This document shows, in pieces, positions 7,024 to 15,999 of a stretch of DNA of 20,435 nucleotides. The first letter of the stretch is position 1; every line of letters starts with the position of its first letter. The translations under genes and the position numbers were made by a program. The stretch comes from a bacterium (lineage in GTDB: Bacteria > Arandabacterota > Arandabacteria > Arandabacterales > JALGWA01), in NCBI GenBank assembly GCA_050125095.1, contig JASFEA010000045.1, positions 1-20,435 of the forward strand, in the 5' to 3' direction. The notes beneath the pieces were generated by a model. That model ran no database searches. It was given only the letters and a program-made list of their open reading frames with translations, and was not told the origin of the DNA.

Positions 7024-7068
7024 ATCGGCAACATGGCTGCCGAAGTGATGGAATTTCGCGTTTGCTTG

Positions 7069-7077
7069 TGCTATAAT
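7069..7077 (+). promoter_or_regulatory. Extended -10 element TGcTATAAT for the peptidase gene
   Basis: Perfect TGnTATAAT ~45 nt upstream of ATG 7123. Confidence 0.6.
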
Positions 7078-7122
7078 GAGTCGAATAGCAATGGATTGGA
7101 ATATCTAAGAACGGAGGGGATA

Positions 7123-10100
7123 ATGCGCACTCTGGCCAGATTGTCGGTTTTTGCGTTTGCTGCGGCGATATTGGCAGCCGCCCCGGTCCTGGCTTTCAAT
7201 ACCGCCCGGGATGCCACGCTCTGGGAGATCCCGAGACAAGGCGCTCCGTCCCAGCTGACCTGGGAATCGCGCCACGTCGAAGCGCCCGGTGTCCAGGCGC
7301 TGGGGGCCGCGGCGGCCCCGGCGGCTCTGGCGGCATTCGCCGAGAGCTACGGCGGCAACTGGCATTACCAGGTAAACACCGCCACGGGGACTTTCCACCA
7401 TGTCTATGGAAGCGGAATAAACATGTCCCGACCCGCTGACTCCGGGCAGGCCGCGGAAACCCTGGCAAGAGACTTCATAAGCAGGAATCAGGAACTTTTC
7501 GGCGTCGGCAATGAGGACCTTGTTGCAGTCAACAACGCTTCCGGGCCCGGCAAGCGCTCCGTCATTTTTCAGCAGACCTTCGGCGGCTTACCCGTCTGGG
7601 GCGGGCGCGCGCATCTTGTATTTACCGAGGCGGGCAGGCTCTTCGCCTTCGGGTCGGACGTATTTCCGGGCGTCGATATCTCGGTAAGCCCGGGAATATC
7701 GGAAGCCCTGGCGCTGGCAATCGCGAAGGACGACATCGGTTTCGTCGAGGGCGTCGACACGGTTGACCGCAACGAGCTCTGGGTCCTCCCCGTGGAAGTC
7801 GGCGAAGGCGGCCTCGAGTACCGCCTGGCCTACCGTTTCGACCTCAACATGACAGATCCGTTCGGCATCTGGGCGACCTGGGTGGATGCCGGCACCGGCG
7901 AGATACTCTGGCGCGAGAATCACATACGTTTCGCCGATTTTACGGGTAGCGTCGAAGGCGACGTCGAGTGGGACGGCTACTGCGACGGCTTCACGTACGA
8001 CTATCCGCTCCGCAATATGCGAATAAGCATCAGCGGGGTCGGCACATGCTATTCGGATGCGAACGGCGACTTCTCCATCTCGGGAACCGCCGGCTCCAGG
8101 ACCATAACCGCGGGGCTAAACGGCCACTGGGTGACGGTTGACGTTTACGGCGGCACAAACGCCAGCCATAGCGGCACCATCACTGACGGCACCCCGTATC
8201 TGATAGACTGGAACGAGAGCAACTCGCTACACAGCGAGCGTGACGTATTCGCCTATGTAAACAAGGAGCATGACTGGCTCAAGGACATGGACCCAGATTG
8301 GACCGGCGTTGACTACGAGATGCTGGCCACTGTAGAACGCACCGACCTCTACTGCCCGGGCAACGCGTGGTGGGACGGAAGCGGCATCAACCTCTGTGTG
8401 GAGAGCGCCAGTTACGGCAATACCGGCAGAATGGGCGACGTCGTCTATCACGAATACGGCCACGCCGTCACGGATTTCCTCTACGGGCCGAGCGACCCGC
8501 CGAGCGACATGCATGAGGGCAACTCCGATATCATCGCCAACTACCTCACGCGCGAGAGCATCATGGGCCTCGGCTATTATCTCAATAACTGCACAAGCGG
8601 CATACGCAACTCGGACAACACCATGACTTGGCCATGCACCGGCAGCGGTCACACATGCGGGCAGGTCATAGCCGGATTCCACTGGGACGCCTGGCAGGAA
8701 TTGCTGGCGGTATATTCGCAGGAATATGCCGACAGCGTGGCGCGCTACACCTGGCACTACGGAAGGAAGCTCGGGCTTCCCCAGTCACAGCCGGACCAGG
8801 TGTACTGGACCTTCGTAGCAGACGACAATGACGGCAACCTGGACAACGGGACGCCCCATTATCCCTACTTCTGCACGGCGGCCTCGAACCACGCCTTCCC
8901 GTGCCCTGAAATCACGGCGGGCGTGACAATAGTCCATACTCCGCTCGATAATACTCAAAACACGACCAGTCCATATGAAGTCGTGGCTGAAATAACGTCT
9001 AATGCCGGCTCGATCGTTCCGTCGAACTGCCGCGTGACTTACAGGATAGACGGCGGGTCCTTCGTCGACGCGACCATGGAGCCCACGGGTAATCCGGATG
9101 AATACGCGGCTGACATCCCTGCGCAGGCCGCCTGCACCGACGTCGAATATTACATCTACGCCGAGGACGACGCCTCCAACACCGCGACGCACCCGCCCAC
9201 GGCGCCGGCGGTTCTGCACGGTTTCGGCGTCGGCTATGACGACATCTTCGCCGACGACTTCGAAGCCGACCAGGGTTGGACGGCCGGTCTGCCGGGCGAC
9301 GACGCCTCGACCGGCATGTGGGACCGCTGCAATCCGCAGGAAACCACCGCACAGCCCGCAGATGACAACACGCCCGGCGCCAATTACAACGCGTACATAA
9401 CCGACTGCGCGGCGGGTTCGAGCCAGGGGTCCTATGACGTGGACGGCGGCAAGACAACACTTCAGTCCCCCGTGTTCGACCTGTCCGACCAGGCGGCGGT
9501 GCGGGCCATATACTACAGGTGGTATTCCAATGACACCGGCTCCGAGCCGGGCGTGGACGTCTGGGTGGTCCAGGTGACCGACGACGCGTGGGCGACCTAC
9601 GCCGAGCTCGAGAACACCAACGTGAGCAACCGGAACTGGACAAGAATGGAGTTCAGTCTCGGCGACTACATCGACCTCACCGACCAGGTGCAGTTCCGAT
9701 TCATCGCAAGCGACGAGGACGGCGGCTCCATAGTGGAAGCCGGGGTCGATGACTTTTCACTCATCGGCTGCTCCTCCCAGGCGGACACCACGGCCCCGTC
9801 GGTGACGGTCGTTGAGCCCAACGGCGGGGAGCTCTATGTGGGCGGCGACGACACGCCCTATCCGGTTGAGTGGACGGCGTCCGACGATGTCGGAGTAGTG
9901 GCGACCCACATACTGCTTTCGCAGGACGGCGGGTCGACCTATCCCGACACAATCGCGACCGGCGCTATTACATCGCCGTACGACTGGTTCGTGCCCGTTT
10001 ACTATGATTCCGAGACCTGCAGGGTGAAGGTCGTATGCGTTGACGCCGCGTCCAATGAAGGCAGCGACGAGTCTGATGCCGATTTCGAGATCAAGAGCCT

Positions 10101-10407
10101 GGCGGGTGTCGAGTCCGGAGAGTTGCCGGCTACGGTGGTGCTGATGCAGAACCGCCCGAGCCCCTTCGGGGGTTCGACCCTGATCGAATTCGGGCTGCCC
10201 CGGACAGCGGAAGTCTCGCTGGCCGTCTTCGACGTCTCGGGCCGCCGCGTCGCGACGCTCGCCGAGGGCTTGCACGAGGCCGGCTACCACCAGGTCACAT
10301 GGACGGCCTCCGGCACGGACGGGGCGAAGGTATCCCCGGGTGTTTATTTCTACAGGCTTGTTACAGGCTATAGCGTACTGACACGTAAAATGTTGGTCGT
10401 TCAATAG
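7123..10407 (+). CDS. Large secreted zinc metallopeptidase (M4/M36 thermolysin/fungalysin-like) with FTP/PepSY-like propeptide, accessory beta domains and FlgD-Ig/T9SS-A-like C-terminal domain
   Basis: ATG 7123 after GGAGGGG. Signal peptide; FQQTFGGLPVWG and WVDAGTGEILW propeptide motifs; NAWW; HEYGH (8449-8463); third ligand MHEGNSD. C-terminus QNRPSPF...VFDVSGRRVATL...GVYFYRL. Confidence 0.9.
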   Translation: MRTLARLSVFAFAAAILAAAPVLAFNTARDATLWEIPRQGAPSQLTWESRHVEAPGVQALGAAAAPAALAAFAESYGGNWHYQVNTATGTFHHVYGSGINMSRPADSGQAAETLARDFISRNQELFGVGNEDLVAVNNASGPGKRSVIFQQTFGGLPVWGGRAHLVFTEAGRLFAFGSDVFPGVDISVSPGISEALALAIAKDDIGFVEGVDTVDRNELWVLPVEVGEGGLEYRLAYRFDLNMTDPFGIWATWVDAGTGEILWRENHIRFADFTGSVEGDVEWDGYCDGFTYDYPLRNMRISISGVGTCYSDANGDFSISGTAGSRTITAGLNGHWVTVDVYGGTNASHSGTITDGTPYLIDWNESNSLHSERDVFAYVNKEHDWLKDMDPDWTGVDYEMLATVERTDLYCPGNAWWDGSGINLCVESASYGNTGRMGDVVYHEYGHAVTDFLYGPSDPPSDMHEGNSDIIANYLTRESIMGLGYYLNNCTSGIRNSDNTMTWPCTGSGHTCGQVIAGFHWDAWQELLAVYSQEYADSVARYTWHYGRKLGLPQSQPDQVYWTFVADDNDGNLDNGTPHYPYFCTAASNHAFPCPEITAGVTIVHTPLDNTQNTTSPYEVVAEITSNAGSIVPSNCRVTYRIDGGSFVDATMEPTGNPDEYAADIPAQAACTDVEYYIYAEDDASNTATHPPTAPAVLHGFGVGYDDIFADDFEADQGWTAGLPGDDASTGMWDRCNPQETTAQPADDNTPGANYNAYITDCAAGSSQGSYDVDGGKTTLQSPVFDLSDQAAVRAIYYRWYSNDTGSEPGVDVWVVQVTDDAWATYAELENTNVSNRNWTRMEFSLGDYIDLTDQVQFRFIASDEDGGSIVEAGVDDFSLIGCSSQADTTAPSVTVVEPNGGELYVGGDDTPYPVEWTASDDVGVVATHILLSQDGGSTYPDTIATGAITSPYDWFVPVYYDSETCRVKVVCVDAASNEGSDESDADFEIKSLAGVESGELPATVVLMQNRPSPFGGSTLIEFGLPRTAEVSLAVFDVSGRRVATLAEGLHEAGYHQVTWTASGTDGAKVSPGVYFYRLVTGYSVLTRKMLVVQ

Positions 10408-10448
10408 CAGCAATTGGGGGAAAATCCCCCGGTTACCGCAATTTGAGT

Positions 10449-10481
10449 GGAAGGGGTCAGGCTCCGGCCTGACCCTCTTCC
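10449..10481. terminator. Hairpin between convergent peptidase and tonB genes
   Basis: GGAAG-GGGTCAGGC-TCCG-GCCTGACCC-TCTTCC. A second hairpin GGGGGA-AAA-TCCCCC lies at 10416-10430. Confidence 0.6.
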
Positions 10482-10491
10482 TGTCGCCCCT

Positions 10492-11106
10492 TTAGTCGTT
10501 CAAGACGAATCTGAACCGAAGGCAGATTTTGGCTTTGACCGGCACGTCGCGCTGGTAGGCCGGCTCGAACCTGTGTTCGTATGCCGCGTCCAGCGATGCC
10601 TGGTTGAGTATGGGCGCGTCGGATGCGGCAATCTCCGCCGAGATGACTCTTCCCTCTTCATCGATGATTACCCACACCTGCACGCGCCCTTCCACACCGG
10701 CCTTGCGCGCGATATCCGGATACTCGGGCTTCACGGCCTCGATGAGCCTGGGCTCCCGGTCGAACGCGAAGAAGTCATCCGTCACGGGTGGCGGCGGGGG
10801 CGGGAGCGCCGGCATGTCGCTGAGATTGTCGAAGAGGTTCGGCGCTATGGTGTCGTCCTCGTCCGCGTCGTCCGAAGGCGCTATCTCCATGGGGCGCTCG
10901 GGCGGCTTCACCTCAGGTGGCAGCGGCGGGATCTCAAACACCGGTGGGACCGGCACCATCTTGAAGGCAGCTTGCCTGGGCTGGTAGATCCTGGGTACGT
11001 ACTCCGGCCAGAATGCGAAGGCCAGCGCGTGAATTATCACTGCCGTAAGCAATCCGATGCAGAGGAATTCCGTATGCCTGGCCTTGAGTGTGGCGTTGGC
11101 GGTCAT
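10492..11106 (-). CDS. tonB: Energy transducer TonB family protein
   Basis: N-terminal TM with His (AVIIHALAF), Pro-rich linker, TonB-C motif PEYPDIARKAGVEGRVQVWVIIDEEGRV...FEPA. Likely ATG 11106. Confidence 0.9.
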   Translation of the reverse strand: MTANATLKARHTEFLCIGLLTAVIIHALAFAFWPEYVPRIYQPRQAAFKMVPVPPVFEIPPLPPEVKPPERPMEIAPSDDADEDDTIAPNLFDNLSDMPALPPPPPPVTDDFFAFDREPRLIEAVKPEYPDIARKAGVEGRVQVWVIIDEEGRVISAEIAASDAPILNQASLDAAYEHRFEPAYQRDVPVKAKICLRFRFVLND

Positions 11107-11204
11107 TGTCCACACCCCCTCGGGACTATGTAAGGCCAAGGCAACTCATGTCTTCACTCAACTATACCCATAAGCACGCTCTTTGCGAAGATGAGAAGGG
11201 GGGG

Positions 11205-12866
11205 CTATCTTGGCTCAACGCGGTAAAGGGTGTTTCCCGCGTCGCAGGTTACGTAAATTATGCCCGACGGCCCGACGGCCACCCCGTTGAATATCCACGT
11301 AGGGTGGTCGGACTGCAGGCACGGAATGATGCCTTGCATGACGGTAATGACCTCGCCGGTTGCAGGGTCAATGCCGGATAGCCTGCCGGCATCGCTCTCG
11401 GCGACCAGAAGAAGGCCGCCCGGGCCCAGGGCCAGCCCTTCCGGATTGGCGAGATCGCGCGCCACGGGCTTCGGAGGCGAGAGGACGCGGCCGTCTTCCA
11501 CCACCTTGAGCACGGCTCCCATGACGGCGTCGCTCACCCAGAGATCGCCGTCCCGGGCCGCAAGCCCGGCGGGCGCCGCCAGGTCGGTGGCGAGCGTGTC
11601 CCTCTTTTCGGGATTGGAGTGGTCTATGACAATCAGGCTTCCCGATCCCCTGTCGGCAACGACTATGTCCTTTCCGAAACGTATGGCGTTAACGGGCTCG
11701 CCGAAGTCGAGATACTCCTCGATGACCTCTCCGTTCTCAGGATTCACGACCTGCACCACGCTACCGTGGAGCCATGACGTGAGTATTAGATTCTCGCCGT
11801 CCGCGCTCACCGTAAAGGGCAGCGTGATGCCGCCGGGGACGCCGATGCGATGGCGGTATGTGCCTGTCTCCTCGCCGGTGTCCGCGTCGAATTGCCTCAG
11901 CGTCCAGAAGTCGGCCACGAATACGGACTCTCCTTCCGGCCCGGGTAGAACTGCGACTCCCCCGGGCGCGATCATACCTCCACGGCAGCACGTCCAGGTG
12001 CTGCCGTCGGGCATGACCCTGTATACGATGCCGTCCTGGCCGTGGGACACGAAGAGCCGCCCCCTGGAGTCGCAAGCCAGGTTGTCGAGGCCCGGCATCA
12101 TCTCGGCGATCAACCTGGTACGGCCCGTCGAGATGTCCACGCTTGATACGCGCCCCTTCACCTTGTCGACAACATAGAGCGAGCCGTCGGGCGCGAATTT
12201 GACCGCGGCGGGTGCGGCGAACCCGCCCGCCACCGTATGGACATCTCCCGTCGAGACGTCGATGCGCGCCACTTCGCCCCTCTTCCAGATGGGTCCGTAT
12301 AGATAGCCATCGGGGCCCCAGTCCATGCCGTTCAGATATCCCAGGCCCTCTGCTATCAGGCGGGGCGGGGCGGACAGGTCCGGGTCGACTTCATACAGGG
12401 CGTCCGCCATGAATATGAGCGACACGAAAAGTCTGCCGTCGTCCGAGAAGGTGATGGAGTTGACTCCGGGTGCTATGTACTGGCCCGTTCTTTCGCCCTG
12501 AGGCGACACGCGTCCTATTTCGCCCGTCGAGAAAGACGTCCAGTAGAGCGACCCGTCGGGCCCGAAGGCAACATCGTCGGGCCCCTCGACCCTGTGGAGC
12601 TGGCCCACCGTGCTGATCATCTCGCCGGTCCCGGGGTCTATGACGGCGATCTCGTTTCCAAGCACGCTGGCGACGTGAAGCTGGTCCTCGGCGTCAAAGG
12701 CGAGACCGTTGGCGCCGTGAAATGGAGCCCCCTCGGCCAGTACGGATACTTCGAACTCCCCGGCTTGCCCGGCCCCTGATACCGCGGGAGAGAGCAGTAC
12801 AGCCGGAGAGAGCAGGGTCGCGCCCGTCAGGGCAAGGGTGATCAGAGAGATCGCTGGCCGCTGCAT
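11205..12866 (-). CDS. Secreted double beta-propeller protein (SMP-30/gluconolactonase/NHL-like)
   Basis: Signal peptide; repeated blades GANGLAFD, PDDVAFGPDGSLY, NGMDWGPDGYLY, PEGLALGPGG. RBS GAGGAGG. Confidence 0.85.
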   Translation of the reverse strand: MQRPAISLITLALTGATLLSPAVLLSPAVSGAGQAGEFEVSVLAEGAPFHGANGLAFDAEDQLHVASVLGNEIAVIDPGTGEMISTVGQLHRVEGPDDVAFGPDGSLYWTSFSTGEIGRVSPQGERTGQYIAPGVNSITFSDDGRLFVSLIFMADALYEVDPDLSAPPRLIAEGLGYLNGMDWGPDGYLYGPIWKRGEVARIDVSTGDVHTVAGGFAAPAAVKFAPDGSLYVVDKVKGRVSSVDISTGRTRLIAEMMPGLDNLACDSRGRLFVSHGQDGIVYRVMPDGSTWTCCRGGMIAPGGVAVLPGPEGESVFVADFWTLRQFDADTGEETGTYRHRIGVPGGITLPFTVSADGENLILTSWLHGSVVQVVNPENGEVIEEYLDFGEPVNAIRFGKDIVVADRGSGSLIVIDHSNPEKRDTLATDLAAPAGLAARDGDLWVSDAVMGAVLKVVEDGRVLSPPKPVARDLANPEGLALGPGGLLLVAESDAGRLSGIDPATGEVITVMQGIIPCLQSDHPTWIFNGVAVGPSGIIYVTCDAGNTLYRVEPR

Positions 12867-12891
12867 TCGTCTTCCTCCTCAGGTGACCCCT

Positions 12892-12920
12892 ATTGTTGAG
12901 CATAGAGGCCGCTTTGTCAA
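12892..12920 (-). promoter_or_regulatory. sigma70-type promoter TTGACA-N17-AACAAT for 11205-12866
   Basis: Minus strand reads TTGACA aagcggcctctatgctc AACAAT. Confidence 0.55.
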
Positions 12921-13005
12921 GGATACCCGCCCCCGCGCCCGCCTGTATGCACTTGACCCGCACCCTCCGGAGCACGAAAATGGTCTAAAGGTATAGGAGG
13001 TTCAT

Positions 13006-13935
13006 ATGGCGGGATTCATAGGAGATTTCGGACGCGCGCTTGCCGGCTATTTGCTGGACGTAGTGCCGGCAGTGGCCGTCGGCTTTCTCATAAGCGGCAT
13101 AGTGCATGAATTCCTGCCGTCGGACTGGATCGAGAGGAATATGGGCGGCAGGGGCTTGCGGGGTATACTGTATGCCACAGTGGTGGGAACCGTCGCGCCG
13201 GTCTGCTGCTGGGGGTCGCTTCCCATAGCCGTGAGCCTGCACAAGCGCGGCGCGTCGCTGGGCCCCGTGCTGGCTCTGCTGGTCGCCACACCGGCGACCT
13301 CGATAACCGCGCTCATAATGACGTGGCAATTCTTCGGCCCCCTGTTCGCCGCCTACCTCGCGGTTTCCGTAATTCTGATGGGCATAATCATAGGCCTGGT
13401 GGGCGATCTCCTCAGGGTTGTGCCCAGGGAAGTGGAGGAGGAGCCCGCCTGCCCCCATTGCTCGGGCGAGTCCTGCTGCGCCGATCACGGTCCGGCGACA
13501 TTCGGGACGAGGATCAAGTCGGTTCTCCACTATGCCTATGTCGAGATGCCGAGGGAAATAGGCGTCGAGCTCGTGATCGGAGTCGCACTGGCGGCTTTCG
13601 TGAGGGTAGTCACGCCCGTCGGGACGCTGATGAGGAATTACCTGGGTGGAGCGCGCGCCTACGTTTTCGCGGTCATCTTCGGCATCATAATGTATATGTG
13701 CGCCACCATGAGCGTTCCTCTGGTTGACGCATTCATCAGGCAGGGTTTTGCCGGTGGCGCGGGGATGACGCTGCTGCTCGTAGGCCCCGTCACCAGCTAT
13801 GGCACCGTCCTCGTGCTCCGCAAGGAATTCGGGCTGAAGGTGCTGCTGGTCTACCTGGGGCTGCTGGCGATTCTTGCCATACTGCTTGGCTATGTATACA
13901 CGCTGTTGCCTGGCTCTGTCCACGCCATGATTTAG
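13006..13935 (+). CDS. ArsP/DUF318-family permease with Cys/His-rich central linker
   Basis: Two homologous halves with PVCCWGSLP...LLVATP and YMCATMSVP...LLVGP. Linker CPHCSGESCCADH. RBS AGGAGG. Confidence 0.85.
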   Translation: MAGFIGDFGRALAGYLLDVVPAVAVGFLISGIVHEFLPSDWIERNMGGRGLRGILYATVVGTVAPVCCWGSLPIAVSLHKRGASLGPVLALLVATPATSITALIMTWQFFGPLFAAYLAVSVILMGIIIGLVGDLLRVVPREVEEEPACPHCSGESCCADHGPATFGTRIKSVLHYAYVEMPREIGVELVIGVALAAFVRVVTPVGTLMRNYLGGARAYVFAVIFGIIMYMCATMSVPLVDAFIRQGFAGGAGMTLLLVGPVTSYGTVLVLRKEFGLKVLLVYLGLLAILAILLGYVYTLLPGSVHAMI

Positions 13936-13952
13936 CCGGGAACCATGTCTGT

Positions 13953-14168
13953 TTGCCCGGCGCCCTTCCCTATGTGATGCCGAAAGTCGTGCCTGCCCTG
14001 TCGGAAAAGGTTGAACAGAGGATACAGATACCTGATTATAGGAAGGAGCAGATGCCGGTTCTCATGCCGAAGGTTATGGAGAACCTGATGCCCCATATGA
14101 TCGGAGAAGCGGTTCCTCTTGTAACGCGGCCGACGATCGACTACCTTCATGGGAAGAATCAAGATTGA
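13953..14168 (+). pseudogene. Probable gene remnant resembling the Met/Pro-rich C-terminal tail of some Fe-S (CCG/Hdr-like) oxidoreductases
   Basis: MPKVVP...IPDY.KEQMP.LMPKVMENLMPHMIG..VPLVT.P.IDYL is protein-like, but there is no clear RBS and only a TTG start. The family resemblance is from memory and unverified. Confidence 0.45.
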
Positions 14169-14232
14169 GGAAATGGGTTAAGCAAAAATGACCCCTGTAC
14201 AGGTTCCTCAACCACCGAACAGGAGGTGCAGA

Positions 14233-15552
14233 ATGAGAATTGCCTCGATAGCAAGGCTCGGCATGGCTGCTGCGCTCATCGCTGTTATGTGCGGCGCGGT
14301 CTTCGCGACGAACGGTTATTTCCCTCACGGCGTGGGCATGAGGGCCAAGGCCGTAGGCGGAGCCGGGGTGGCGTGGCCCCAGGACGCCATGGCCGGCGCC
14401 ACCAACCCGGCGGCCGCGGGATTCCTGGGCAATCATTTCGATGCCGGGCTGGATATCTTCAGGCCCAGCCGCGGGAGTGAAATCGGCGGGAACGACATGG
14501 GGGAGGACGAAAGCGCGGACGGCATGTATGACGCCAACGGCAAGAGCAACTTCTGGATCCCGGAGATCGGCTACAGCAATCAGTACCGCGATCATCTTGC
14601 CGTGGGATTCGCGCTGTTCAGCCCAGGCTGGATGAATACGAAATACGCGACTCCCATTCCGGTTCTCGGTGTGACAAACGCCGGCGTGGATTTGATGCAG
14701 CTGTCCCTGGTCCCCTATGTCTCCTACAGGGTGAAAGAGAATCACTGGCTCGGTTTCGGGCTCAATCTGGCATGGCAGACCTTCGAGGCGACAGGACTTG
14801 AGAATCTCGCCGATACGGTATGGACTTCCGACACGACCTACGTGGGCGTGCACTCCAGCGATCCCATGAGTGTCACCAATAACAGCCATGAGAGCTCGAT
14901 GGGCGTGGGGCTTTCAATTGGCTATATGGGCCGCGTGCATGAGATGGTCGACGTCGGGGCCGTATATCACAGCCGCACCTATATGGGGAGGTTCAAGAAG
15001 TACGCGGGCCTGCTCGCCGAGATGGGTGACTTCGACATGCCGCCTTCGATTGCCGGTGGCGTCACGGTAAGGGCAACCGAGAAGGCGACACTCGCTTTCG
15101 ACGTGCAGCACATATGGTACAGCGATATCAAGTCCGTCGGCAATCCGCTGCTCCCGAATCTCGAGGAGGCGCAGCTCGGCGAGGACGGCGGGGCCGGTTT
15201 CGGCTGGGAAGATGTCACGGCGTTCAAGTTCGGCCTGGCATATGACGCCACCGAAAAAGTGAAGCTGCTCGGCGGATTCAACTACGGAAAGCAGCCCGTT
15301 CCCGAGTCCGAAACCATGTTAAACATGCTCTCGCCGGGAGTGGTGGAGAGCCATCTCACCCTGGGCGCAACCATAAGGACCTGCACCGGGATCGAGGTAA
15401 CGCTCGCCTATATGCACGCCTTCCAAACCAGCGTTGACGGTTCGGGCTCGATCCCGGAGGGCGACATGGAAGACGGAGGCTTTGGGGGCGGCGAGTCCAG
15501 CATCAATATGAGTGCCAATTCATTCGGAATAGCCGTGGGCTGGGGCTTCTAG
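14233..15552 (+). CDS. FadL/OmpP1/TodX-family outer-membrane transporter for hydrophobic compounds
   Basis: ATG 14233 after AGGAGGT. Signal peptide; TNGYFPHGVG...GGAGVA.PQDA....NPA hatch motif; GFGWED; terminal Phe. Confidence 0.9.
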   Translation: MRIASIARLGMAAALIAVMCGAVFATNGYFPHGVGMRAKAVGGAGVAWPQDAMAGATNPAAAGFLGNHFDAGLDIFRPSRGSEIGGNDMGEDESADGMYDANGKSNFWIPEIGYSNQYRDHLAVGFALFSPGWMNTKYATPIPVLGVTNAGVDLMQLSLVPYVSYRVKENHWLGFGLNLAWQTFEATGLENLADTVWTSDTTYVGVHSSDPMSVTNNSHESSMGVGLSIGYMGRVHEMVDVGAVYHSRTYMGRFKKYAGLLAEMGDFDMPPSIAGGVTVRATEKATLAFDVQHIWYSDIKSVGNPLLPNLEEAQLGEDGGAGFGWEDVTAFKFGLAYDATEKVKLLGGFNYGKQPVPESETMLNMLSPGVVESHLTLGATIRTCTGIEVTLAYMHAFQTSVDGSGSIPEGDMEDGGFGGGESSINMSANSFGIAVGWGF

Positions 15553-15573
15553 TCCGGTCCGCCGCTTCAGATA

Positions 15574-15603
15574 GGAGGGGCGTCTTCTATAAGGCGTCCC
15601 TCC
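15574..15603. terminator. Hairpin after the FadL-like gene
   Basis: GGAGGGGCGTCTT-CTAT-AAGGCGTCCCTCC, a 13-bp stem with G-U pairs on the plus strand. Confidence 0.65.
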
Positions 15604-15655
15604 AGGCACTTCTTCCCCCCCCGGCGCTGCATTTGCCCCAATGCATCAGGCCCGT

Positions 15656-15993
15656 AAATAAGAAAGAGCCAGGGCGGGCTTAGGTGAGTTTACTTGACTT
15701 CGCTAAGCCGAGGAACACTTCGCAGCGCCGAAGGGAGTTCAGTCTGCGCACTCAGCGATTTTGCACGCGAAGGCTGTAACCACTCATCAAGAGGCTAATG
15801 CCAGCCCTGACTCAATATTCACTTTTTAAGCCCATTCGGGAGAAAGAACCGGGGCAGGAACAGCCGCTCTTAGAACCTGGAGAAACGGGAAACACGTTGT
15901 CCGGGTATAGAGATTATTCTCCCGGAGTGCTCCGAAACGGCCGTCCTTGCCATCACAGCTCGTCAACTCCCCGCGGTATCAACCGCGTTTTTC
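15656..15993 (-). ncRNA. Candidate structured non-coding RNA of unknown family (3' ~150 nt folds as a 6S-like rod)
   Basis: Lies downstream of a near-consensus sigma70 promoter. Nested stems use G-U pairs only on the minus strand. U-rich tail at 15656-15665. No convincing ORF. Confidence 0.5.
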
Positions 15994-15999
15994 AGGTGA

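Noticed and set aside
12781-12816. Short duplication LLSPAV x2 in a signal peptide (and AVAVAVA in 5752-6927)
   Set aside because: In-frame micro-duplications in signal peptides; no evidence of phase variation.
15705-15800. Glycine riboswitch (GCGCCGAAGG) or SAM-I (ATCAAGAG) on the plus strand
   Set aside because: The companion motifs (GGAGA...CTCTCAGG; GAGGGA.TGGCCC) are missing, there is no downstream plus-strand gene, and G-U pairing favours the minus strand.
15680-15975. RNase P RNA or tmRNA (ends resemble GGAGTTGAC... and ...CGGCTTA...CACCT)
   Set aside because: No GAGGAAAGTCC or ACAGAA conserved regions, and no tRNA-like GGGG.../TTCGA...CCA ends.
15962-15990. GTCAACTCCCCGCGG...CCGCG as an IS200/IS605 or HEARO end
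   Set aside because: Only a short resemblance; no tnpA/tnpB/iscB remnant or second end is visible.
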